A stretch of DNA of 64,000 nucleotides from IMG/VR virus record IMGVR_UViG_3300042387_000948, positions 124,001 through 188,000 of that record; one strand, written 5' to 3'. The position numbers and the translations under genes were made by a program. The notes under the pieces were generated by a model that saw nothing but the letters and a program-made list of their open reading frames with translations, was not told the origin of the DNA and did not search any database. Shown here piece after piece: positions 1-9,497 of this stretch (its first letter is position 1; every line of letters begins with the position of its first letter).

Positions 1-352
1 GGTCTGAAATTTCATAATCATTCCACCACCAATGCGGTCCTTCTTGCACATAGTGTACTTTATGATTTCCTTTTTCTTTTATTCTCTGAACGATGGATTG
101 TTGTAATAATTCTGAAATTGGATTGACTCCGTTTACCAATCTACTCCCCTCCGAACTTAAAAAAGTTTTACCTTTTGGAAATATAATAAATACATGGTCA
201 TAGTTTGTTAGGTTTTTATCCACACCAAACAAATGAATGTTATAGTGGTCAGCATCTAAAGCGTGCATCCAAGCAAACTCCGTTCTCATATTTGGATGAT
301 TTTCTGGCACTTTACCAACAAAACCCATTTCAGTTAAGAATGCTATTCTCAT
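1..352 (-). CDS. Partial ORF running off the window start; probable glycosyltransferase-cluster protein
   Basis: Hand translation from ATG at 352 (MRIAFLTEMGFVGKVPENHPNMRTEFAWMHALDADH...) is open to position 1. ATGA overlap with the stop of the upstream GT2. Not in the ORF track. Confidence 0.7.
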   Translation of the reverse strand, partial: MRIAFLTEMGFVGKVPENHPNMRTEFAWMHALDADHYNIHLFGVDKNLTNYDHVFIIFPKGKTFLSSEGSRLVNGVNPISELLQQSIVQRIKEKGNHKVHYVQEGPHWWWNDYEISD

Positions 353-981
353 AGTGTATCGTAATATGCGTTTTGTTTTTCCTGTCTTTCAATTTCTTTG
401 GGATGATATAGACAGTAATCCTCTTCAGCGGGTAATACTGAAAGTGTGTTATACCCTTTGATTCTTTCGTGTACTTTACCATCCCACTCTATTTCCGATG
501 TTCTTCGATATAATCTAGTCTGATAATCTGGGAAATTTACCCAACCCTTTTCACTTACATTCCATCCCCATTTTTTAATATGTTTAGGAGTCAATCCACC
601 AACTGTATTAATACGTGGTACAAAGAAAAGGTCAACATCTTTATTATATTCCAATAAATCGTGTAAATTTTCTATCAAATATTCTGATGGTATTTCATCT
701 GCATCAATTTGGAAAATGAATATTCCGTTTGCATTATCTTTTAGATTGTTTTTAAAAGATGCAAAATCGTTGTTAAGTGGGTATGATATAACCCTAATGT
801 TTGTGTTATGTAATTGAGATATAATTAATAAATACTGCTTTACAGCATCGGTAACAGAATCCTCATCATATTGGATTAATATTTCATCATCCGTTTGTAT
901 TCTTGGATGTAGGAAATTTATTAATTTTGTAATTTCTTCTAACTCATTACAAACAGTAATAGCATAGGTAATATTTATCAT
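349..981 (-). CDS. Glycosyltransferase family 2 (GT-A fold)
   Basis: N-terminal ITYAITVCNE strand, DxD-like QIDADE, C-terminal LYHPK motif. Confidence 0.85.
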   Translation of the reverse strand: MINITYAITVCNELEEITKLINFLHPRIQTDDEILIQYDEDSVTDAVKQYLLIISQLHNTNIRVISYPLNNDFASFKNNLKDNANGIFIFQIDADEIPSEYLIENLHDLLEYNKDVDLFFVPRINTVGGLTPKHIKKWGWNVSEKGWVNFPDYQTRLYRRTSEIEWDGKVHERIKGYNTLSVLPAEEDYCLYHPKEIERQEKQNAYYDTL

Positions 982-999
982 AACTTATTTTGTATTTTA

Positions 1000-1031
1000 C
1001 AAAGATACGAATAATTTTTCAATTATCCAAA
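1000..1031 (-). promoter_or_regulatory. Bacteroidota-type primary sigma promoter
   Basis: Minus strand TTTGG-N19-TATCTTTG, 19 nt upstream of the GT2 ATG. Confidence 0.8.
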
Positions 1032-1086
1032 CATCTTTTGTTTTTTATATATGTATATATAAATATAAAGTTTTTGAATAAAACAT

Positions 1087-1120
1087 AAAAAAATGGGTAA
1101 CTTTTTTCAAAATTACCCAT
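1087..1120 (-). terminator. Intrinsic terminator after the GTS-repeat gene
   Basis: ATGGGTAA/TTACCCAT stem followed by a T-run on the minus strand. Confidence 0.65.
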
Positions 1121-1140
1121 CTTATTTTTCTTATGTTATT

Positions 1141-2166
1141 TTAGTAGAACGGATTCCAATCTAATCCATCATACACATACGGTTTTGGTGTTGGTGAACC
1201 ACTCATAATCAAACTACCAGTTACCGATGGAGTTGGTTTATTACCTACATATTGTGTTAATACTAAAATATTATTTATGTGTAAAGAACCTGATGCTTCT
1301 AAATAAAATACGTTAGGAGATATTACCGCACCACCTGCACCTTCTACATATGTAAAAACACCCCCATTAGTTGTACCGATTGTAGCAACAGACGTACCAG
1401 AACTACCAGAAGTACCGCTTGTACCAGATGTTCCACTTGTACCAGGTAATCCACTAGTTCCATTAAATCCAGATGAACCGGATGTACCATCCGAACCAAA
1501 CCCATTTGTACCATTTGTACCATTTAAACCAGATGTACCAGATGTACCATTACTACCAATACCATTAGTACCATTTGTTCCAGATGAACCGGATGTACCA
1601 GAAGTACCAGCTGCACCAAAAAATCCATTTATACCAGATGAACCTGAAGTTCCTGATGTACCAGTAGAACCAGTTCCACCAGTCACACCACTACTACCAG
1701 ATGTACCAGATGTACCAGATGTACCAGATGTACCAGTAGAACCAGTTCCACTTGTTCCAGAAGTTCCACTTGTTCCAGAAGTACCAGCTCCGCTTGTTCC
1801 AGAAGTTCCACTTGTTCCAGAAGTTCCAGAAGTTCCAAAGTTAGTACCATCTAATCCACTAGTACCACTTGTTCCAGACGTTCCTCGTGTACCACTACTT
1901 CCAGAAGAACCAGAAGTTCCAGAAGTTCCAGAAGTTCCAGAAGTACCGGCAGTACCAGAAGTTCCAGAAGTACCGGCAGTGCCAGCAGTACCCGTTGTAC
2001 CATTTGTTCCAGATGAACCGGATGTACCAGATGTACCGGATGTACCAGATGTTCCCCCAGTACCAGATGTACCAACTCCAATTAATCCATATAAGTAATC
2101 TAAGTTGTCATCCATTTCCAAAGCGGTCAATGGAGCACCTTTTTCTAATCTTTTAACTAATGCCAT
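1141..2166 (-). CDS. Gly-Thr-Ser repeat (collagen-like) virion protein, 341 aa
   Basis: About 230 aa of G-X-Y repeats between a short N-terminal domain (KRLEKGAPLTALEMDDNLDYL) and a C-terminal domain ending YVYDGLDWNPFY. Confidence 0.85.
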   Translation of the reverse strand: MALVKRLEKGAPLTALEMDDNLDYLYGLIGVGTSGTGGTSGTSGTSGTSGSSGTNGTTGTAGTAGTSGTSGTAGTSGTSGTSGTSGSSGSSGTRGTSGTSGTSGLDGTNFGTSGTSGTSGTSGTSGAGTSGTSGTSGTSGTGSTGTSGTSGTSGTSGSSGVTGGTGSTGTSGTSGSSGINGFFGAAGTSGTSGSSGTNGTNGIGSNGTSGTSGLNGTNGTNGFGSDGTSGSSGFNGTSGLPGTSGTSGTSGTSGSSGTSVATIGTTNGGVFTYVEGAGGAVISPNVFYLEASGSLHINNILVLTQYVGNKPTPSVTGSLIMSGSPTPKPYVYDGLDWNPFY

Positions 2167-2227
2167 ATTCTTATTCTATAAAAATCATTCTTATATGGAT
2201 AAATATAAACAAAAGGGAAATTACGGA

Positions 2228-2698
2228 TTATTTATTTAAATATTCCTTTAATGTATCTTTTTTAATTACAATTTCTGAAATTTGTTTTATACCATCCATA
2301 TTATATGTTCTATATATGTTTTTTCTTCCCATAATAGTTGAATTGCCATTTACATATTTACTGAATAAAGAACTACCATTTCTATCACTTCTAATCATAA
2401 TATCATCCAATCTTTTATTTTCATCTATTTTTTCGTTAGTCAAACTTTTTTGAAATAATTTTTTCAACCACATAAAAAATTTATCAGGTTGTATTTCGCT
2501 TATTTTCAAACATACTAATTTTTTATCGTATATTCCTGTTACAAAAACATAAGCTGTTTTTGGACCTGATAAAGATTTTGCTGTTCCGTCTGCATACTGA
2601 TAATAAACTATTTTATAGATATTTTTAGGTCTCAACAATATTTTTGATATTGGGTCTTCTTTTTCTATAAATGGTTTATATTGTAAGCTAAATGACAT
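2228..2698 (-). CDS. Hypothetical protein
   Basis: 156-aa ORF tightly packed in the minus-strand operon. Confidence 0.7.
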   Translation of the reverse strand: MSFSLQYKPFIEKEDPISKILLRPKNIYKIVYYQYADGTAKSLSGPKTAYVFVTGIYDKKLVCLKISEIQPDKFFMWLKKLFQKSLTNEKIDENKRLDDIMIRSDRNGSSLFSKYVNGNSTIMGRKNIYRTYNMDGIKQISEIVIKKDTLKEYLNK

Positions 2699-2699
2699 T

Positions 2700-3992
2700 T
2701 TACAATTTGTTTAGTTTAGGTATCTGCATTGGTGATTTATTCAATTTTGGAAGATTAAACGGTACAACCTTTGGAGCTGCTTTCACATTACCATCCATAA
2801 TTTGTGTAAACTTTTCATGCATTTTATCCAATGTAAAGTTTTTAAGAGTATTATCTTTCAAACCTTTGGATTTCTCTATATAAGTATCATATTTGTTAAA
2901 TACATCATAGATTTTATTTGCTGCCAAACTATAATTTACACTAAACCATTGTGATTCTTTCATACAAAATTGGTCAGCTGCTGATTCATGCACCTGTGTC
3001 AATGAACCTTCTAATAGAACTGCATTATCTTTTGGTAAAAAATCCACTTGTCCACTCCAACCACTTGCTAATATTGGCTTCCCTGTCAAAGTAAATTCAG
3101 CCATAGGTCTACCATATCCCTCGCCTTTAGCAAATGAAATCATTGCTTTAACTTTAGGGTGATGGTATAGATTTGCCATATCACTTTCTTCCATATCGCC
3201 ATGTAATAGATACACAGATGGACACTTATCACCCAATGGTTTTAATACCGCATCAATCTTTTCTCTTGTTGCTTCTCTATCGATAACAGAAAACCCAGCA
3301 TGCGATGTTTTAACAATAAGGCCTGGTCTTTTATCCTTTGGTAGATATTGAAACACTGTAGCGAATGTTTTAATTGCCATACCAATATCTTTTCTATCCT
3401 GTCCTAAATCTCCTTTTAACCAATGTCCTACAATTAGGAAGTTGAAATCCTCTTTTACATTTGCTAATACATCATTACCAGATGGATTTAAGAATACATC
3501 AACATCAACTCCTTCAAATAGAACTTCACAGGGTTTAGTTAATCTCGTCTCCCCAACAATCTGCTTTGTATTTTGGTCTTGATGCTGATAAACAGTACCA
3601 GCCATAACTTGCTTTGTAAACTCCGATGGAACTAATATTAAATCCATCTTATTCATACCATCAATAAAATCTTTTGGTGCTATTGTAGTTTCAACACCAG
3701 CGGTTACACCAATGTTATAGTTACCCTTTGGCTCAAATTCATTTGCTACTGAAACTTGGAAGAACACATCGGGTTTATCACCAATTTCACCAATAACTCT
3801 TTCTAACATCCATCTTCCAAATTCAGTTGATGGGTCTACTTGGTTTTGCGGAGTGTTACCCCAACGTAATGGTATAATTTTAATATCGTATTTATCCATT
3901 TTTCGTAGTGATTTCATTAAATCTCTACAATGGTCACCATATCCACTACGAGTGAATATAGGTCCTTGAAATACTAATGTAGGTTTGTTCAT
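2700..3992 (-). CDS. Glycosyltransferase, GT-B fold (GT4-like)
   Basis: TRSGYG N-terminal loop; C-terminal donor-binding KGEGYGRPMAEF and KPILASGWSGQVDF. Confidence 0.85.
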   Translation of the reverse strand: MNKPTLVFQGPIFTRSGYGDHCRDLMKSLRKMDKYDIKIIPLRWGNTPQNQVDPSTEFGRWMLERVIGEIGDKPDVFFQVSVANEFEPKGNYNIGVTAGVETTIAPKDFIDGMNKMDLILVPSEFTKQVMAGTVYQHQDQNTKQIVGETRLTKPCEVLFEGVDVDVFLNPSGNDVLANVKEDFNFLIVGHWLKGDLGQDRKDIGMAIKTFATVFQYLPKDKRPGLIVKTSHAGFSVIDREATREKIDAVLKPLGDKCPSVYLLHGDMEESDMANLYHHPKVKAMISFAKGEGYGRPMAEFTLTGKPILASGWSGQVDFLPKDNAVLLEGSLTQVHESAADQFCMKESQWFSVNYSLAANKIYDVFNKYDTYIEKSKGLKDNTLKNFTLDKMHEKFTQIMDGNVKAAPKVVPFNLPKLNKSPMQIPKLNKL

Positions 3993-3995
3993 AAC

Positions 3996-5381
3996 TTATT
4001 TAATTTTAAATACTTCAAATCTTTCTCTTGGTTTCCAATTTTCAAAGGTAGTTTCTATACCTTCTACTAATGTATCACACATATTTGTATGAGATAATCC
4101 CATATTTCCTAAAAACTCTTCTCTACCTCTTAAACCGGCAGCTTTTCTATCAGGTTTTGGTGTGTTATAAACTTTCTCAATTACTTCCGCAACTTCGTAG
4201 TTATCAACTCTATCATCCCAAATATATGGAGTTGGTACTGAACCAGCTAATGCCAATGCTCTACTCCAAATTGGATATGCCCACTCACCATGCTCTAACT
4301 TACCTTCCCACTCTCTCCATTGGTGTAATGAACCAATCTTAATGTAATCTTCGTGCGTTAGGTATTTACCATCTAACTTAAATCCACATTGGTCTTGCAA
4401 TCCACCAGTTACGTTTACAATGATTGGTGTTCCAGCTACTACCGATTCGGCAGTTGCTAATCCAAACCCTTCGTTGTTTGCTATGTTAATGGTGCAATCT
4501 GCAATGTTGTAAAGAAGATTGAGTTCTTCTACCGGCATTCTACTATCTGAAAATACTACATTATATTCAGATGCAATTGCATCAACTACTGCGGGTAAAT
4601 CAGTTCCGTTTTCATCCACAGGTTGTGTATGCATTAATAAACAAACTTTATCAGCTTTTTCTTTACCAATCTTATCACAAAATACCTTAAATGCATGGAT
4701 TACATCTGCTGGTTGTTTTCTTCTGATGTTACGATTTGACCAATATAAGATAAAATCATATTCTTTGCCTTTTAAGATTTTGTTACGGAATTCATCAGAT
4801 ACATCCGCAGGTTTGTAGATGTTTGAGTTAATACCATGTGGTACATAACCCACTTGCCAATCTGCTTTAGGTTTCCAAGTTGGTTTATCATCTAATGCAG
4901 ATAAACGTTTGATAATACCATAAGTTTGACGAGAGATACAACCAATCCAATCTGAACTTTCATAGAAGTTACGATTGTATAATGGGTCAGGTAAATCATC
5001 CCAAATTGCGTAGAATAAAAGTGGAACGTTTTGTCTAATTTCATGCTCTATATCATACAACCAAGTCCAATAGCGAGGGTCAGTAAAGTGTAGGATAGCA
5101 TCGGGTTGTTCGGTGTTAATCAGTTGGCGGATTAAATCTGCATTACCATAACCATTCCAAGGAAGAATCTTAACATTGGCATCTGCTACACCATAGTTTT
5201 TACGAATATCTTCACTTACATCTAATATTTTCCCAGCATCAGGGTGATTGATTGCGGCTCCTACCTGAAACCAATCGTATTTATCTACCGTTCCTAATAC
5301 TAACTCCTTTGACATTGTAGCAATACCACTTGCCATTCTCAAGTCATCTGATAGTAATAGAATTTTTTTCTTTTTTGCCAT
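3996..5381 (-). CDS. Glycosyltransferase, GT-B fold (GT4-like)
   Basis: ILLLSDD...SGIA N-terminus; NRNIRRKQP and NEGFGLATAESVVAGTPIIVNVTGGL motifs. Confidence 0.88.
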   Translation of the reverse strand: MAKKKKILLLSDDLRMASGIATMSKELVLGTVDKYDWFQVGAAINHPDAGKILDVSEDIRKNYGVADANVKILPWNGYGNADLIRQLINTEQPDAILHFTDPRYWTWLYDIEHEIRQNVPLLFYAIWDDLPDPLYNRNFYESSDWIGCISRQTYGIIKRLSALDDKPTWKPKADWQVGYVPHGINSNIYKPADVSDEFRNKILKGKEYDFILYWSNRNIRRKQPADVIHAFKVFCDKIGKEKADKVCLLMHTQPVDENGTDLPAVVDAIASEYNVVFSDSRMPVEELNLLYNIADCTINIANNEGFGLATAESVVAGTPIIVNVTGGLQDQCGFKLDGKYLTHEDYIKIGSLHQWREWEGKLEHGEWAYPIWSRALALAGSVPTPYIWDDRVDNYEVAEVIEKVYNTPKPDRKAAGLRGREEFLGNMGLSHTNMCDTLVEGIETTFENWKPRERFEVFKIK

Positions 5382-5384
5382 AAC

Positions 5385-5936
5385 TTATTGTATTGTAATT
5401 TGTATTTTTGTTTTTGTCCCATCGGGTTGTGAATAAACTGCGTATTGAGGTACACATTTTAATTCGGTTTTTACTTTGTTTAACATATCTACATATTTTT
5501 TACCATAGCCAGGTTTTAGATATGCAATAGTTAAATGTGGGTGGTAATCTGGATACGATGTTGTGTGTGGTAGTTTTTGCAATTCTGCATTTGTTTCGTG
5601 CAATGCAGGACCAGATACATCAAACTTTAGTACATCAAATTTTTCGTTTTCAAAAAGTGATGGATTGTATCCTTTGCATTCACCATATCCAAAATTACCC
5701 AATATACCCTTTACATCATCAACTGATACATCGTTGTGTAATCCATATAAAAATGTAGTGTGAGGTTCATCTTCAATACCATATCCACCATTAGTATCTT
5801 CTTCGTAAAGATGCTGTGGATTTATAGCATCCTGAATTTTGAATACTTCTGGTACTGAAAAATACAACATAGCACACCCATAATCATATGTACCTTTTGA
5901 TTCTTTGATTGAATTAAGTAACGTTTTTAATTTCAT
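5385..5936 (-). CDS. 2H phosphoesterase (2'-5' RNA ligase / Acb1-gp57B-like)
   Basis: Two HxT motifs: EPHTTFLYG and YHPHLTIAY. Confidence 0.8.
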   Translation of the reverse strand: MKLKTLLNSIKESKGTYDYGCAMLYFSVPEVFKIQDAINPQHLYEEDTNGGYGIEDEPHTTFLYGLHNDVSVDDVKGILGNFGYGECKGYNPSLFENEKFDVLKFDVSGPALHETNAELQKLPHTTSYPDYHPHLTIAYLKPGYGKKYVDMLNKVKTELKCVPQYAVYSQPDGTKTKIQITIQ

Positions 5937-5940
5937 AGTT

Positions 5941-6144
5941 TTAAAATTGTGAACCGCTTATTTGAAGTTGTAAGTACTCATTCATTTCGTTTCTGAAATC
6001 ATCATCTCTAACATATCTTTCCACAGTTCTATTAACTAGCTTTTGTAGTGTTACATCGGAATCAAATGATACTTTTTTGAAACTTGAATACACATCTTTC
6101 AAAATTTTTACGGTTGTCAGTTTTGTGTTTTCATTTTGACCCAT
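5941..6144 (-). CDS. Small DNA-binding protein (ribbon-helix-helix-like)
   Basis: 67 aa, beta strand (LTTVKI) followed by two helices. Confidence 0.5.
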   Translation of the reverse strand: MGQNENTKLTTVKILKDVYSSFKKVSFDSDVTLQKLVNRTVERYVRDDDFRNEMNEYLQLQISGSQF

Positions 6145-6210
6145 AGTTATTTCGTTTTATATATTTGTATATATAAATATAAACATTTTAAAAAAACGAA
6201 AAATTATGAA

Positions 6211-7077
6211 TTAAGGTTTACCATCACACAATCCCCTAACAGAGAACTCACACCATTTGCAATTCTTTTTAGCGTTGCCTGGTACTTTTGGATATGGGAT
6301 ATCTCTAAAGTTACCCTCATCATCAAACACAATATCAATGAAACTCATAAACTCATCATATACTTTGTTTACCGATGGAGAACCATTTGGTGGAATATGC
6401 TTTGAAATACGAGGAACAGGATATGGTGAATCTTCAGGAAGTTTCCTACGCATGATTTGGAACTCTACTCTGATTTTTGTTAATGGTATATCAAACAATT
6501 CAGAATAGTATTTCTTATATAATAGAATTTGTGAGTTCTTTAATCTATCTTCCTTTTGATACTTATTCCACCCCATTGTAGAGGTCTTTAAGTCAATGAT
6601 TATGATTGCGTTCTCCGCAATATCTTTTAATACAATATCAATATAACCAATGAAATGTACACCCTTCTTAATCTCTTTATTTAATGGAATCTCAATACCA
6701 ACCAATTCATATCCTGATTTAGAATAAAACTTTCCGATATGTTTCATAAACCATTCTAAAATACGTCTACCATCACCAAAAAACTCTTCTAACTCATCCT
6801 GCGAACAAGGTGTACCCTCACTCATCTTCTCTACCTCTACTTTGTAGTTTTCTCTCATTCTCTCCAATAAGAGTTTATCCACATTGATTTCATCTGCTTG
6901 CTTTTTAGAAACACCATACATAACCGAAAGGTAGTGTTGGATTGTTTCGTGCATAGCCGAACCAAAGATTGTGTGGATGTTAGATGAACTCTCCCCTAAC
7001 TTGTCTATGTAATTCAATTTGTATTGTTGTGGGCAAGAACTCCACATACCATATTGAGAAAAACTAACTCTAGCCAT
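6211..7077 (-). CDS. PD-(D/E)XK nuclease, RecB/Cas4-like
   Basis: SFSQY...CP, FGSAMHE, GYIDIV...IIDLKT, QILLY and C-terminal CKWCEF..C. Confidence 0.85.
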   Translation of the reverse strand: MARVSFSQYGMWSSCPQQYKLNYIDKLGESSSNIHTIFGSAMHETIQHYLSVMYGVSKKQADEINVDKLLLERMRENYKVEVEKMSEGTPCSQDELEEFFGDGRRILEWFMKHIGKFYSKSGYELVGIEIPLNKEIKKGVHFIGYIDIVLKDIAENAIIIIDLKTSTMGWNKYQKEDRLKNSQILLYKKYYSELFDIPLTKIRVEFQIMRRKLPEDSPYPVPRISKHIPPNGSPSVNKVYDEFMSFIDIVFDDEGNFRDIPYPKVPGNAKKNCKWCEFSVRGLCDGKP

Positions 7078-7124
7078 ATTTTTTATTTATATACAAAGAT
7101 ATGTAAAAATGTTGATAATTCCTA

Positions 7125-7574
7125 CTAAATCCCCAATTTTAATTTTGTTATAATTTTAGGGTCAGTTCCATACATTTCTGCAATCTCTTTTATATGCTCT
7201 TTGCCTGTTTTGGTTGAATATAGTATTTTAAGATACTCTTCCGCTTCCGTATCAGATACTTCGTACTTTCGCATTACTAACTTAACCAACCAATCCTCAT
7301 ACTTTTCAGATGAAGCTGCTTTCATATATTTTAGGAAAGTTCTACTCTTTGGTAGTAATCCAATCAATGCTTTGTAAACTGCTTTTGGTGGTGCTTCCTG
7401 AAGATATGGCTGTACATCTGCTATCAACTCTACCCATTGGGGATTCATTGTCATATAACGGATAATCATATAAGTACTCCATCCTTTTTTATCAGATTCA
7501 TCTAATGTATCCCAAAAGTTAGGGTCTTGTTCATTAGTAATTGCCTTAATGTAATCAAACAATCCTTTTGCCAT
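7125..7574 (-). CDS. Clamp loader small subunit (T4 gp62-like)
   Basis: LFDYIKAI N-terminus, YMIIRYM, FLKYMK pattern; located next to the gp44-like gene. Confidence 0.7.
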   Translation of the reverse strand: MAKGLFDYIKAITNEQDPNFWDTLDESDKKGWSTYMIIRYMTMNPQWVELIADVQPYLQEAPPKAVYKALIGLLPKSRTFLKYMKAASSEKYEDWLVKLVMRKYEVSDTEAEEYLKILYSTKTGKEHIKEIAEMYGTDPKIITKLKLGI

Positions 7575-7834
7575 TATTCTTCTACCTTTAATCCTTTTGG
7601 TAATAATTCATTTAATAACTCACCACAATCTCCACATAAAAATACTTCGATTGGAATAACCTCATCTTCAGTACCACCTGTCAATAATTTAGATGTTTTA
7701 CGAAATGAAAACCCTTGTACAAAAACCTCACCACCACAACCTTTACATTCGATTGGGTTTGTTTTTGTTAAATCTAATGGTGCATCCTCTTGTGGTTTTA
7801 ATGCTTTACCATCTGCTCCTATAATTCCTGCCAT
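7574..7834 (-). CDS. Zn-ribbon-like small protein (paralog 1)
   Basis: CKGC...CGDC; shares RKxSKLLxGGTED with the neighbour. Confidence 0.7.
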   Translation of the reverse strand: MAGIIGADGKALKPQEDAPLDLTKTNPIECKGCGGEVFVQGFSFRKTSKLLTGGTEDEVIPIEVFLCGDCGELLNELLPKGLKVEE

Positions 7835-7835
7835 A

Positions 7836-8117
7836 TTATTTATCCTTTTCTATTTTATCTTTAGCTTCCAAATCTTTAAGTTCTTTTGGTTTCAAATCAC
7901 TTTGGTCCGTTCCACATTTTGCACATTCTAAAATATCAAATGGAATAATTCCATCTTCAGTACCCCCAAAAAGTAATTTAGATACTTTTCTAATTTTTAT
8001 TGTTGACTTAAATTTATCATGCCCACAATTTTCACAAACAACCGATGTTGATTGTGAAATATCTACTCTAGGATATCCCATAGATTCGTTGGATGTTCCT
8101 CCCATATTATTTACCAT
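7836..8117 (-). CDS. Zn-ribbon-like small protein (paralog 2)
   Basis: CENC...CAKC; RKVSKLLFGGTED. Confidence 0.7.
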   Translation of the reverse strand: MVNNMGGTSNESMGYPRVDISQSTSVVCENCGHDKFKSTIKIRKVSKLLFGGTEDGIIPFDILECAKCGTDQSDLKPKELKDLEAKDKIEKDK

Positions 8118-8120
8118 AAT

Positions 8121-9065
8121 CTATAATGCGTTTAATATTTGTATAAGTGTTGCTGCCGCAGTTATTTCTTTATCAATTACCAATGCTGATTTATAAGCAC
8201 CATCCCCCAATAAAAGAATTACATTAGCGGTATTTTCTCCAGCATATTCTTCCACTTTATCGTATAGTAAAGTGTATAGTTCCGTAAAATCAGATACCTT
8301 TGAATCAATTAATGCCTGTCTCACATTCATATATTTGTTTCTCTTATCATCATTAGATTTTAAGATATCCAATACTTTGATTTTGTAATCGTTTTCTAAT
8401 AGATTCTGAACATCTACTTTCAACTTTCCTTTGTTAGAGTTAAGTTGACAAGTATTGATAACCTTACGGATATCAGGATATGCAGAATCTATGATAGGTA
8501 CTAAATCCTTAATATCAAATTCAATCTCTTCAGCTTTTAAGATATTACTGATTTGAATTGCCACATCTTTCTTTGTAGGTGGGATGATTTGGAATGTTTG
8601 GCATCTACTTTGGATAGGTTCAATTACCTTCTCTACATAGTTACACGTTAGAATGAATCGGCAGTGTGCGGAAAACGTTTCCATTAAGTTACGCAAGATT
8701 GCCTGTGCATTGTGAGTCATATAATCAAACTCATCCAAAATGATAATCTTAAATGGTTTGAATCCCATAGAAGATGCAAAGTTGGTTACTTTGTTACGGA
8801 CTGTATCTACGTTGTTCTCCGATGATGCATTGATAATCATATAATCACATTCGATTGAATTTACGATTAACTTTGCTAATGTAGTTTTACCAGTACCAGC
8901 TCTACCATACAATAACAAATGTGGTACATCTCCACTTTCTAAATAACCCTCTACTTTGGCTTTTAGGTGGTCATTACCTACATACTCCGATAACTTAGAG
9001 GGTCTGTGTCGTTCCACCCATAAGCTATTGTTTACTTTTTCTTTTGTTTGTTCTATAAAAGACAT
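8121..9065 (-). CDS. Clamp loader large subunit (gp44/RFC AAA+)
   Basis: WVERHRP, Walker A GRAGTGKT, Walker B IILDEFD, CRFILTCN. Confidence 0.95.
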   Translation of the reverse strand: MSFIEQTKEKVNNSLWVERHRPSKLSEYVGNDHLKAKVEGYLESGDVPHLLLYGRAGTGKTTLAKLIVNSIECDYMIINASSENNVDTVRNKVTNFASSMGFKPFKIIILDEFDYMTHNAQAILRNLMETFSAHCRFILTCNYVEKVIEPIQSRCQTFQIIPPTKKDVAIQISNILKAEEIEFDIKDLVPIIDSAYPDIRKVINTCQLNSNKGKLKVDVQNLLENDYKIKVLDILKSNDDKRNKYMNVRQALIDSKVSDFTELYTLLYDKVEEYAGENTANVILLLGDGAYKSALVIDKEITAAATLIQILNAL

Positions 9066-9071
9066 ATTATT

Positions 9072-9497
9072 TTATTTACCTGTACTACCAAATCCACCAC
9101 TACCTCTCTTACTTTCACTTAATTCATCTACCTCTACAATCTGAACAATTGGATGTGGTACGATTATTATTTGTGCAATTCTATCTCCCACATTATATGC
9201 AATAGAATCCAACCCATTCAACTTATTAAAAGTTGCTTGTAATTCTCCCCTATATCCAGCATCAATAACGCCAACTGAATTACTTAATATCAATTCGGTG
9301 TTTCGTATAGATGAACGAGGAAAAACTAATCCAACCATTCCATCAGGTATCTCCATTGCAATACCCAACCCATATGTTATTTGAAATGATGTATTTTCTA
9401 TAACAGATGTTGCTACCAAATCCATCCCAGCATCACTTTCTTTTGCGTATTTTGGTTTTACCGCATCAGGATGTACTTTTTTAATTTTTACTTTCAT
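9072..9497 (-). CDS. dut: Trimeric dUTPase
   Basis: AGMDL, PRSS, GVIDAGYRGE, RIAQ and RGSGGFGSTG motifs. Confidence 0.97.
   Translation of the reverse strand: MKVKIKKVHPDAVKPKYAKESDAGMDLVATSVIENTSFQITYGLGIAMEIPDGMVGLVFPRSSIRNTELILSNSVGVIDAGYRGELQATFNKLNGLDSIAYNVGDRIAQIIIVPHPIVQIVEVDELSESKRGSGGFGSTGK

Noticed and set aside
1390-2080. Short tandem repeats resembling a CRISPR array or VNTR
   Set aside because: Degenerate 9-nt coding periodicity with no constant repeat and unique spacer structure; no cas operon.
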